Of a stretch of 64,000 bases of DNA, positions 12,829-28,320 are shown in pieces. The stretch lies in NCBI RefSeq assembly GCF_009914755.1, contig NC_060928.1; one strand, 5' to 3'. The notes below the pieces were generated by a model that had not been told where the DNA came from, did not search any database, and saw only the letters and a program-made list of their open reading frames with translations. The stretch is from the human T2T-CHM13v2.0 reference genome, Homo sapiens. The translations under genes and the position numbers were made by a program. Positions within the stretch are counted from its first letter, which is position 1. Each line of letters starts with the position of its first letter.

Positions 12829-15015
12829 GAAAATGTTATATATCTTTTATTTTTTGGTCGAGCACATGTAATTTATGTTGAATTTGTTAAAGGCAAAGAA
12901 AAGATGTTTACTTTATGTGCCAACTTTGTGATATGACTACAGAGCCCATTCATGATGAAGACATTGAGTGTTGCTAGGAAAGGTTGACTTACTCCTTGTT
13001 GGCTGCCTGTTGTCTCTGGCTTTCCTCGTTGAATGTGTACTCTCCTACCTGCTTGGGAGGAAGTGGCCAGGAGGAGTGTGCTGTGTCTTTTTTCCCTTTG
13101 GTAGACAATGTGGCTGCTGCTGCTGGTGGTAAATTATGATGGTTCTACTCTGCCCTTCATGAATGTCACTGTCACGGCAATAAAGTGTGCATTAGTAGAG
13201 CATGGGATTGTTGCATTTGGCTTTAGAATGTCCTTTGATAAAGAATTCCTTTATTATGGGTCCTAAAAGGCAATCTCTTTAAATGTACCTTTCAAACACT
13301 GGGCTAGTTATATAGATGTGTGTTCCAGTTACTCATGTATAGCTAGTTAGTCCCATGATGGAGACTATATGGCTGAAAGCCTGCTAGGAATAAAAGAAAA
13401 TGAGAGTTTCTTCTACAGAATAGAGCATTATAGTTTCATTTGGAGCTTGAATATCTTATAACAAATACCATGGCTTTAAAGACATATAACAGAAGGAAAA
13501 ACACTTTTATCTTTAACCTATAAAAATGTATCCCTCTTTTAATCATCTAGAATTGTATATATAAATATAAACTGTAAAATTAGAAAGACCTGAAGATACT
13601 TGAATAAAAAGAAATAAAAATTTCTTTTATTCAAAATGTATCTTTATCCTCTGGCTTAGACTTTTCCATCTTTAGGAGATGTATAAAATGGAACCCTTTC
13701 AATTGAATTATCTCAGGAACTCGTTTTACTGTGTCATTAGGAAAAATAACAACGGTTTGGGAATAACATAAAATATCCTTGTGTCTGAAGTATCTGGGTT
13801 TAAGTAGAAATTTTATATCATCTGGGGGCAACTTTTTATTTTTGGGATTGAGTTCTTTGTCTATGTAAACTTACTTTATGTAGTTTTAAAGTAACTACAT
13901 AAAGAATTTTCCTTCCATTTCCGTAGTGTGCTAGGCCAAAATTGGTTCTGTTTTATGTATTATTGACAGTTTTGATTGAGTCCTACCATACCTTTCAGGG
14001 AAGATTGTTGAGGTGGTTGCTGTGGAACGTTAAGGAACGAACACTTTCCATAGGACCCTGCTTGTGGTATTCTGATAGAATCAGAAGTTAGATTCTTGGG
14101 TTACACTTAAACCCTTCCAATGAAAAGGACTTTTTATTATACTCTGAAATGAGAATGAAATATTCATTTGCTTGGAACCTGTTAAATTCTTAAATTTCAT
14201 ATAGGAGTTACAGAATAAAGACCTATTGTTGACTAAGGCTAATCTGAAAATCTCTATCATACTTCTCTGCAAGCTGTAAAAGCTGTGCAGCTGTACTCTG
14301 GGGCTTGGTATTTAAAACCTTTGGATTTCCTGAGATTGGTAGTGGGAAGGAGTGTAGAAGTGAAAATGCCAAGGAAATTACTGCTCTTCTTGATCGGGGA
14401 TTGTAGGTACTTCTCTGACCTTTAATTCAAGATTCCTTATTATGAGTCACCTTAATGTTCCCCTGGAAATCACATGTTTTGGGGAACACCTAAATAGCTC
14501 TCTTCATTCTGTAATTGGGGAATATGTAGGGAAGGGTAGATTATTCATAGAGCATCTTTCGTGGTGGAGGAATCTGAGTGCTTGGAGGCCTTGCAGCAGG
14601 AAGTGGCATTTACAAATGGTGCTCAGAACAAGAACACTGCCTGTGTCCCTAGCCAAAAAGAAACTAAGGACCTAGCATGAGTTCCCATTAAAATCTGTGT
14701 GGACTGAGTCATTAAAGCTAAGTTAACGGCTTCACTTTTTTCTTTGGCCAAAAGGACAAGACATACTTCTTGATATCTGAGAAACTGAACTGCAGATGAA
14801 TTTAAAGATAGTATTGGGGTGCCCAGTTTCTCTTAAAAAGAAAAAGGAGGGGAAAGAGAACAGGCTTGTCTATGTTGTATGGTTCTTCAAATGTTAATTT
14901 AAGCAAAATAATTTGATTTGACTCCTTGAAGCTTACCTTGGAGAACTATAATTTGATAGACTATTTTATATTTTTACAATAGATTTTCTTCATCAGCTAG
15001 ACTAGTAGAAGTTAA

Positions 15016-15328
<313 letters not shown>

Positions 15329-15509
15329 GAATATTTTTAGTGATAGTATAATTGTGTTTACTTTTGGCCTCATGAGAGAAAGGAAAATATACTATTCTAT
15401 TAAATACTTCTTGGTAGCTGGGTCTCAATTTTCCTGCTCTTAGGTCTGGGCATACTTTTATAAAAGTCTTGAGTGTATTTTTTTTCTATTATGGCTCCAT
15501 GTCACCCCC

Positions 15510-15960
15510 ATTCATTCATTCAGCAAATACTTATTGAGCATCTACTATATGTCAGGAACTTTTCTAGCTCCTGGGGAGCTAGCTCCTGCCTTCTGGGAAC
15601 TTAGGTTCTAGAGGGTAAAGACAAAAAAGAGGCAAGAATGTATGTCAGACAGTGATAAGTGTCATGGAGAAAAATAAAGTAGGGCAGTGGAGATATGGAT
15701 TATTTGGGGAAGGGAATGTGCTGTGTTTTAAGGTGATCAGGGACAGTCTTACTGAGAAGGTGACAGTGGGGCAGAGACCTGAAAGGAATGAGGGCGAAAG
15801 CCATAAGAACACCTGGGAGAAGAGCTCCCCGGTAATGGGAACAACAAGGGGAGCCAGGGTGGGGCTGTGAGTGAGGAGGAGCAGTAACAGAAGTCAGAGT
15901 GTTTGTGGGGCCGGATCTGTAGGATCTCATAGCCAAGAGAAGGATTTAGGATTTTTTTCC
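15510..15960 (-). mobile_element. L2 3' region
   Basis: attcattcattcagcaaatacttattgagcatctactatatgtcagg and actgagaaggtgaca..gcagagacctgaa. Confidence 0.85.
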
Positions 15961-16404
15961 TGTGTGAGTTGCATCCTAATACGATTGTTGATATTTCTTC
16001 TGCCCAACCTCCTTCATTTTCCTATACCATTTCCAGTTGTTTCAACATGTAAACTTTGTTAAGGTTTCAAAAATAAACAGATATAACCCAAATAACAATG
16101 TATTAAATGCAAAAGATTGAAATCTGCATGTCTATTTCTACTAAACCTCTCTTCTTTATATGTGTCATTTGCTGGGGAAAGCAGCATTTGCTACTGACCT
16201 ATTTAAATATGCTGAGCTCAGAGCCCTTCCCAGCCCAACAAGATGCACTTAACCCTCTGTGGGGATAGAAAGTTGATAGATTGTTTCGTGATTGTATTGT
16301 GCGGGTTTTTTTTTGTTTTGTTTTCTTTTGTTTGTTTGTTTGTTTTTGCACCTGACTTTGATATTTATCTGTGTCTGGGCATTTTTTAGAAAGTAAGCTC
16401 TGAA

Positions 16405-16708
16405 GGCCAGGTGCAGTGGCTCATGCCTGTAATCCCAGCGCTTTGGGAGGCCGAGGTGGGCAGATCACTTGAGGTCAGGAGTTCGAGACCAGCCTGGCCA
16501 ACATGGTGAAACCCTGTCCCTACTAAAAATACAAAAACTAGCTCTGGGTGTGGTGGCAGGCACCTGTAATCCCAACTACTTGGGAGGGTAAGGCAGGAAT
16601 CGCTTGAACCTGGGAGGCAGAGGTTGCAATGAGCCAAGTGGTGCCACTGCGCTTCAGCCTGGGTGACAGAGCAAGACTGTCTCAAAAAAAAAAATAAATA
16701 AATAAAAA
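16405..16708 (+). mobile_element. AluS (Sz/Sx-like)
   Basis: Full dimer; TSD-like aagctctga. Confidence 0.92.
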
Positions 16709-16749
16709 GTCAGCAAGCTCTGAGAAGACAGGTATGTTTGGAGTATAAT

Positions 16750-17197
16750 GGTTATTGTGATTGATTCCCTGACACCCAGTCCACCCCACTATGGTCATTT
16801 CAGTTGACTCCCTTATGTCAAGTCCCTCCTCCTAAGCCACTCATGGCATTCCTGTGCTCCTTGCTGGTTATTTATTAGTTAAGGATTGGGCCATTGGTTT
16901 GGTCATGGCTAATGTTGAGGGAGCTTCTATGAAGGATTTCCTTGCTTCTAAGAAAGACACGGAGAGAAGGTTGCCTTTCTTCCTTTGGTCATTGCTGTGT
17001 CTGGTTGTGATGCCTGGAATTGCTGCAGTTATTTTGCTACCCGCCTGAGAATGAAATTAGTATGTTCTGAGCTACAGGATTATCTAATTCTGGGTCCTTC
17101 TCACTTTGGGCTTTTTATGGCATGAGATATATATCCTCGTTGTTTGAGACAGGTTTATTTGTTTTGTTTACAGCTGAAAGCATCCTAACTGGTAAAG
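16750..17197 (+). mobile_element. ERVL-type solo LTR (LTR33/LTR16-like)
   Basis: tgtgatgcctggaattgctgcagttattttgc and 3' end cagctgaaagcatcctaactg. Confidence 0.6.
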
Positions 17198-17418
17198 ATG
17201 TATTAATTCCCTTCCTGAAGTTTTTTTTTCAGAATACGTTATATGGATTTACATGCAGTGTTTTTCAGTAATATTTAGCCCTATGGATTCCAAACTTACT
17301 GAAATGATTTAGCAGATTAGAGTGGGAATGTAGTGACATTAAGTTGCCCTTGTTAACATCTGGAGTTTTGTTTCATAAAAGCAGTATGAAAATTTTGTGT
17401 GTTTAAAGAGCTGAAAAG

Positions 17419-17712
17419 GAAAAATAAAAGAAGTACAGATACAGAAAAAAAAAACAAGGTTATTAGACTGTGTTGTTCAAATATTCTGTAGCTGTACTAA
17501 TTTTCGTTGGCATATTTGTAATTGAATGTGCTGTACTGAAACCTCCCATTATGATGGTGACTTTGTCAATTTCTCCTTACAATCTTATCAGTCTGACATA
17601 TGTATTGACATTTATATATTTATATTTCTCTAGATTATTTTCTTAGATGCGTAGAGTTTATAATGGTTATGTCTTTCTGGTGAATTACAATTTTTATATT
17701 ATGTAAAAAAAT
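17419..17712 (+). mobile_element. Orphan TSD-flanked retro-insertion containing an antisense ancient L1M ORF2 (endonuclease-region) fragment
   Basis: Direct repeat aaagagctgaaaag at 17405-17418 and 17713-17726; A7 tail; 17460-17705 resembles antisense L1M (gtgttgttcaa.., gaaacctcccattatgatggtgactttgtcaatttctcc). Confidence 0.65.
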
Positions 17713-17962
17713 AAAGAGCTGAAAAGACCTTTTAGACCATATTAATTTATTTTAATGATTGTACCCTGCTCTTTAAGTTAGCAACATCTGAACTATCAAT
17801 AGTAGAAAAGAAAGGTAAATTATATGATACAAACCCATGTCCATGTACCAGATTCATCACAGCTATTCTTGCATGAGCCCAGATACTTTAAATTAAAAAA
17901 AAAGAAATGTTGAAGAACTTGGAATTCATCCCTTTATCCCATTCATTTATTAAGAGTTTTCT

Positions 17963-18079
17963 TTTTTTTTTTTAGTTTCTATTATTTTTATTTTATTTTT
18001 TATTATTATTATACTTTAAGTTTTAGGGTACATGTGCACAATGTGCAGGTTAGTTACATATATATACATGTGCCATGAG
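17963..18079 (-). mobile_element. Extremely 5'-truncated L1PA (last ~65 nt plus tail)
   Basis: tatactttaagttttagggtacatgtgcacaatgtgcaggttagttacata..catgtgccatg; TSD aagagttttct (17952-17962, 18080-18090). Confidence 0.92.
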
Positions 18080-19460
18080 AAGAGTTTTCTCAAGCACAGG
18101 TAATCCTAGCAAATTGAGACATCAATATTTGAGGGTTTTAAGGTGGCCAGACTGTGGGCTCATCAATTTCCGTACTTTTCCGTCATCCAACTGAGTTTTG
18201 TGGGTGAATAATGTTACCATTTTATTTATTTTAAAGCAACATATTTGGTATTTTTTTTCTCACATATCTCTTTTTGTTCTTATAGAGGCTAGGAGTAGAA
18301 CTTTGCTGTTCAAATGGGGAGTGAGCAGTAAAATTAAAAAGGTTGGCCAAGACCCTGGGAAAATGCGAACAGTGCGTGTCTTTTTTGCATCTGAACTGAA
18401 ATCTGAGAGGTTCCTAGGTTCTGCACAAGGTAGCTTTGTGCATATTTCTCTGATTGCTGAGCCTGGAGTGAGCTACCTGACAGGCCTCTGATAATCAATT
18501 CCAAAGCACACACTGTTCTCTTTCAGCATCTTGTAGGGAAAGGTGGACAAAGAGTGTGAAATAAATATTCTCTTCCCAAGTCTCCCATCCCAAGTGTCTC
18601 TTTGAGGTGGGATACTGACGAAGACTTAAAAATACCCATCTCGCTTGCTCCCTCCCACATCCCTAAATACAACAAGCAGCAAACAACCCCAAATGCCTAA
18701 CAGGAAGACAGTTCCTTTTTAATTTTGGCAAAATCTAGGAACTCTTTGTGTTGTGGTGTCCAGAAACATAAAAGGAGAATTCTATGAAAAGATTTCAGCT
18801 AATTAACATTTACAGGGTGCCCATTGCTGTGCCACCATGTGAGGTGTTATTTAAGCTTTGCAGAGGTAAATTAAAATGTGCTTTTTGTTGCCTTGCCTGC
18901 TTAAAGGGGAAAGCAGAGGCATGGGATGTTATTATAAAGTAAGGAGGTTGATTTTCATGTGAGGCCTAGTGCAAATCAGCCTGTTGTTTATTCTGAAAAG
19001 CATGCTGTTTTCTACAATTCAGACTTCATTATTTATTTGCTTGTTTCTTATATTAAGATTGCTCAGTGGCACAAATAAGGAAAAAAAAACCCATAAGAAT
19101 AGAGAGGATGAAGGGGGCAGAGAAAAGGGAGGGAACTCAGAAGGTGAAGAAATATTGTGGTTTGCCTGAGGGAATCTGGGAAGTAAGGAGATGGAAGAAG
19201 TTGGGCGATCCTTTCAGTTAAAATAAGTGAAGACAGTTGTGGGTTAGGAGAAATAAGACTTTCTAGTTATGAAGATCTTACACATGTAACTGGTCAAATA
19301 TTTTAGATTCTAGATGGACATTTCAAGAGAAGAGGTAATATAATGTAATAAAAATTTTGGCTAATGATTAATGACTGCTTAACATGTATGTGTTGAAACT
19401 GATGGAGAACAGGACTTTATATATATTACTCAGCTAACTTTACTTGTAACAATCCTATGA

Positions 19461-19774
<314 letters not shown>

Positions 19775-20673
19775 GAGGTGGATACTCTTTTCATTTCCAT
19801 TTTTTTTTTTTTGGTCTTTTTTTGAGGAGGAAACTGAAGCTTAGAGAGATTACATTTCCTAAAGTCTCAGCTGGTAAGTAATAAAACCAAGGTTTGGACC
19901 AAGACTGTGCCCCTAACGGCTATCCTATACTGTATCTGAATACTTGAGGAAATAAAATATACAACTGAAATTATTTTGCATTTTTTAAAGAAACAGTAGC
20001 AATAGGGGCATAGAATCTTAAAATTTAAAAGGTCTTAGAGGTCAGATTATAGAGAAAAAAATGGAAGTCCAGGGAGAGTTCCTAAACTGTGTCATGGGGT
20101 ACCTTGGAAAATTTTTTACCTTTGTATTCAACTTCCCAAAAACCATAAAATGCATAATTTTCTCTGTCAATTTTTTTCCAGTTTTTTGTTCATTATGAAT
20201 GTCGGGGAAGGTATCTATTTTAAATTGGACTCTGTCATAAGTAATGCTTGAAGAATTACATGTTGTGCTTGGCAATTTGCACTGCATGCAAAGCTGGAAT
20301 GTAGGGAATTTTTCTGTTTTGTACTCTCTCTCTTATTATGTGTAGGGTAAGGAGAATGGAGCCCTAATGCAGTTTCTTTAGGAAGTGTAGTACACCACCA
20401 GTAGTTAAAATGATTATTATGCGGTAATGCCAAGGGCTGTAGAATAGAATTTAAACATTACTTGATGTTTTCTAGATAGATCTTAAAATAGATATCGATA
20501 TAAAACAAACTGGAAGGTACAGAAAATTAATTTTAGAATGTCAATTCTGGATATATTTTGATGAGAATATGAGAAAGTAGCCACAAATCACACCGTGCAC
20601 CATGAAATTTGCAACAGAAATTTCATAGCCAAATATATTTAAGTGTTCTTGGAGCCCGCTTTTTGTTTTATTA

Positions 20674-22785
<2,112 letters not shown>

Positions 22786-22985
22786 AAAAAAGACCTATCC
22801 AAATGCTGAAAATGAAACTAGTAGGAATTATATAAAGATGAAATAACTTATATTGAGGATTTTACATAGTTATCACAACTTAGATATTTTTCTATTCAAA
22901 AAATAAAAAAGCCTAGTACCATATCTAGGAAAACAGACTAATGCTGTAAAAGTGCCTCAGCTATCCAATAGACATTTTATTACTA

Positions 22986-23567
<582 letters not shown>

Positions 23568-23879
23568 CTAGTGAACTGCTGAGAAGAAAAGTTGTCATTA
23601 CCATGGATTCTATCACATGAAGGGATGGAATGGTGGAAACCACCTTCCGTTTTCTCCCTCTGTCTCTGTTTTGCTGCTGTCCAAATATTTAACATTAAAA
23701 GAGTATTATAAAAAACAAATTGATTTCAGACATTTGAGGGATAACATATTTGAGATTTAATGTATTTGGGGAACTGAGAAGTGTTTGATGTGAGGTAGAG
23801 GTACAAGGAAATGGGAGTGGGTTTTATATGCATAATAGTGCATGCCAGAGCTAGGATAGGCTAGAGGCTAGATTATGTG

Positions 23880-24170
23880 TCAGTTACAAATGACCCCCAA
23901 ATCTCGTTGGCTTGCACCATAGACATTTTTTCTTGCTCATGCTATATATCCAATGTGGATTGGTACCCAGACTGACAGAGACTTCCTTCACCATATCTCC
24001 AACTATGACCACCCTTACAGTGGGGAGGGAAAGGAGCTTTCTGTTGAGACATGATTCATGGGCCAAAGCAAGTCTTACAGCAATGCCCACCTGCAGGTGG
24101 GGAGGGGAAGAGCCATCAGACTTTGTGTCTCAACAGGAAGACCAGATACCAATGACAGCCAGTACTGTTC
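23880..24170 (-). mobile_element. Old MaLR LTR (MLT1) fragment
   Basis: acaaatgacccccaaatctcgttggcttg..ttcttgctcatgcta; ggccaaagcaagtc. Confidence 0.65.
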
Positions 24171-24288
24171 CCTAACTTTTCTTGAGAAAGAGTGATATCA
24201 GTAAAGGATTAAGGTGGGGGCAGTGCCAACCACTTCAGTCTTGCCTTGCTCCTTGGGGAGTATTTTCTTTTAAAAAAATTGATTAATA

Positions 24289-24594
<306 letters not shown>

Positions 24595-25474
24595 TTAACA
24601 ATATTGCATATGGAGGCAAGGACCCAATATGTGATTCCAGGGCATGTTAGTTCATTCTCTTCTTCATTCTTTTGTTCCTTCACTCCTTCACTAAATATTT
24701 ATTTAAAGATCACATATCAAGTACATGATGTGAGTGCTGATCTATTTTATTGATTTTGCTTTTGCTTGTGTAATCTGTAGTGATTATTTCTTTAACCCAT
24801 TTTTTCTGTCTTGTCAATTTTTAGTTGCACTCAGGAGCAGCCTTTTGTTTGCATGTTTATTTTGAATCTGTTATTTCTTAAATTCCTTCAGGGTGTGCAC
24901 CTGATCTGTTTTCTTTACCGTACTATCCACATGTATTATTAGTAAATATTTGATAATGAGAGAGAAACCATAGTTTATTGGTTATATCTTTTTCAATATT
25001 TCTCTGAAGCAGTTTTGATTTTAAAAAACTATCCCAGTCTATTAGCATTTTAATCAGCATCTTGAAATTTTATCTGTAATACACAGGTAGAATTTTTCCC
25101 TTGCTGTTTTACTTGTAGAGTCAAATGACTCTAGTATGTGTTGTTCAGGTGACACAAAAAAACCTCTGCGTAATGAGTAAAATTATCCCAGAGGAGGGAG
25201 CTCTTTTAGACAATGAAACATAGTGGGGTCCTTGAGTGCAACTAAAATTTCTTTTCTGATTAATCACCGTCCCCTTGATTCATCTTTGCTTGGTCTTGTG
25301 TATTTCCATTGCATAGTCTGACTTATAATGTGGTTCTGCAGTTGAGTCTTTCTTAGAACTGGGTGATCACAGGAAGTTATCTTATTTATCTTTGTAGTCC
25401 ATTACCCCTCCTCTCACCCTACAGGCCTTACTCAGTAACTTGTACATAGTAGCTGTTCAATAAAAGCTTGTTAA

Positions 25475-25582
25475 ATATTAAGGTGATAGATATCACAGTT
25501 ACCCTGATTTGATTATATGAATGTATCAAATTATCACCTATACCCCTAAAATATGTGCATGTATTATGTATCAATGAAACAT
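25475..25582 (+). mobile_element. Short L1MA 3' end inserted at the tail of an L2 (~25340-25474)
   Basis: ggtgatagatat..ttaccctgatttgatt..tgtatcaaattatcac..tacccc..aaatatgt..tattatgtatcaat; TSD aaaa(g/t)cttgttaa (25462, 25583). Confidence 0.75.
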
Positions 25583-27029
25583 AAAATCTTGTTAAGGGAT
25601 TTGATTTTCAATGATGATAGGGGTTGTGCTTTTGAAGTGATGCAAGGCTAAGAACAAAACTGTAATTGTTTAATTCAGAAAGTAGTTGTGGAATGGAGTC
25701 TGAAGGGAGACACGACAATATGGCCTGCACGAAGGAAGATTTTGTGTATAGAATGTTCTAGCCTGTTTAGATTGCCTTGACTTGTGTCAGGGGAGCAGTT
25801 TGTTTCACTTTGCCTATATAAGATTAATGTTTCTGAGATGAAAAAAACACACAAAAAAGGAGCTTTTTGACGTAATCAAGCCTCTATCAATCACTTCTTG
25901 CTTCCTAATAACTTTTGTATCTTCCTTTCAGGAGAGCAGTTGAAGTGAATTCTTCTGGGACCAAATCCAGTGTTTCTGCCTTGAAGAAACATAATTAACT
26001 GACATTTTAAAAGCCACTTTATAGACCTGTTCTGACTCTGGTCTAAGGACATTACTTGATTTATAGTTTATGAAAAGTCTACTTTTAGAATTTGGGTATG
26101 TTTTATGGTAGCTCTTTTAGTTGATTGCTTTCATTTTTCTTTGGGAAATTATCTAGAATAGCTGTAGTGATGTCATCAGAAGCTTGACTTTTACCTCTGT
26201 GTACTTAGAGGGCTGACTGACGCACAGGGAAATATTTCACCATGAATGGTGAGGATAAGCTTATGTGTGTAAGGAAGAGGTAACTGCACTGCAAGCAGCT
26301 TCCCCCTCCCTCCCTCTCCAGGGAGGGGATGATAGCTATTATTAATTGATTTTTCTCTTACTATGGAAACCAAGGGTTTAGATATTAATGGAAAAAAATT
26401 ACTGAAATGTCAAGGATTTTGTTTTGTGGCTTGGGTTCCCTGAAGCCTAGCTTGAAGAGACCAGCAGTGAATTACAGTGTCGCACTGTAAAGACACTGAC
26501 AAGATTTTTGTCATTAAAGTTAAAAATATTGCAGCAGATTGCCTGGGTAATCAGACCTTCCTTTGATGTGTGTGGTAAGAATTCTTATTCAAGGGAACTG
26601 AGGTGGGATATATATTCATTATTAGAGACTCCAGCGTGGATATGATTTTAGGTTTCAATGAAAAGCTTTCTTCCAGAATTACCATGCTTGAGGAAATATG
26701 ATTAAGAGTTGATCACATTTGTTCACCAGCCACAGACATTCTTGCCAGTTTGAGAGCACGGGTACGAGTGATCTCTGTGCTTCTAGGCATATGCACCTAT
26801 CATTGTTGGGTCTTCCAAGGATCTAATATGTCAATCCAGATCCATGCATCTGGTGGCTTTCATCCCTCTGCCTGGAGCACAGCCTCACTTTCATGATAAT
26901 GGATGCCCTTCCAACTTTCTAATAAGGAGGCTTTGTGTTGGTCCTTGTGTTTGTTCTTGGGATATAGGTAAAAGAAAAAAAAAATCCTTTGAAAGTCTGT
27001 AAGTCCACACTGGGTGCTTCCCTGTCATC

Positions 27030-27377
<348 letters not shown>

Positions 27378-28234
27378 TAGGTGAGGAGTGTCAGTGTTGT
27401 CACGTGGCCAATCCGTGCCCTCTGCGGAAGGTGCCAGGCTAAGAAAAATATATCGAAACAAGATAAAACCAAACCAAATAGCCACAAACTTCTCCTATCC
27501 CATAGCGACCACCTGCCCCTTCCTGCCTGCTTCTCATCATAGTATCCCACGTTGAGGCTTGGAGGGTTGAGCCCCACGTCTAGACTTGAATACTTGGAAC
27601 ATGTGAGGCCAACTGCTGCTACTTTCCCAGGTTCTTGTGATTTAAACTCTGGGCTACTAGTGCTCTGGACACTTAAAATTAGTCACTTAGTGGATCAACT
27701 AAGTGCGTATTGCTGGACTTAGTTTTGTAGGCATCATTTAAGAAATTCCTGGAAACAAAATAGGAACTATTTATAAAGTTATTGACCTTTTGCCAGCATA
27801 GTTCCATATAGAATATGAAACTGGTCTCATTTCATACCTCGCCTCATTCCATGCCTTGTCCATAGTTAGTGTTCAAAATGTCAGGTCGAATGAATGAGGA
27901 ATGAGTATCAGACAGATTTATTTATGGAAGGCAGCAAAGTGAACAAGGGCAAAGGCATGGGTAGGGAGACAAGCCTGGGAGAACTTTAAGGAGTCAAGGA
28001 AAATAACAGATTTTGGGGGCTGGTGAGATGAGAGATGGTTGAGTAGAGATGGCTGGGTTAGAGCAGGATTCACCTAAGGAGCATCCCACTCAGTGCAGTA
28101 AAAGACTCACCCTGAGAAATACTCATGTGAACTCCCTTTGTGCAGTCTGTGTGGTTGGATTTTTCTGACTTTATGCAAATATAACATGACTCCACTGTGA
28201 ATGTGTTGGTGCTTTCAAGAAGCTGCAAAACTCT

Positions 28235-28320
28235 TACTACTATCCCATTTTAGATGAGGAAATGGAGACTCAGAAGAGTCAAGAAATCTGCCCAAAGTCT
28301 CACAGTTGGAGCCTCTCTGC
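28235..28320 (-). mobile_element. MIR core fragment
   Basis: tatcccattttagatgaggaaa..gactcagaagagtcaag..tgcccaaagtctcacag. Confidence 0.7.
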
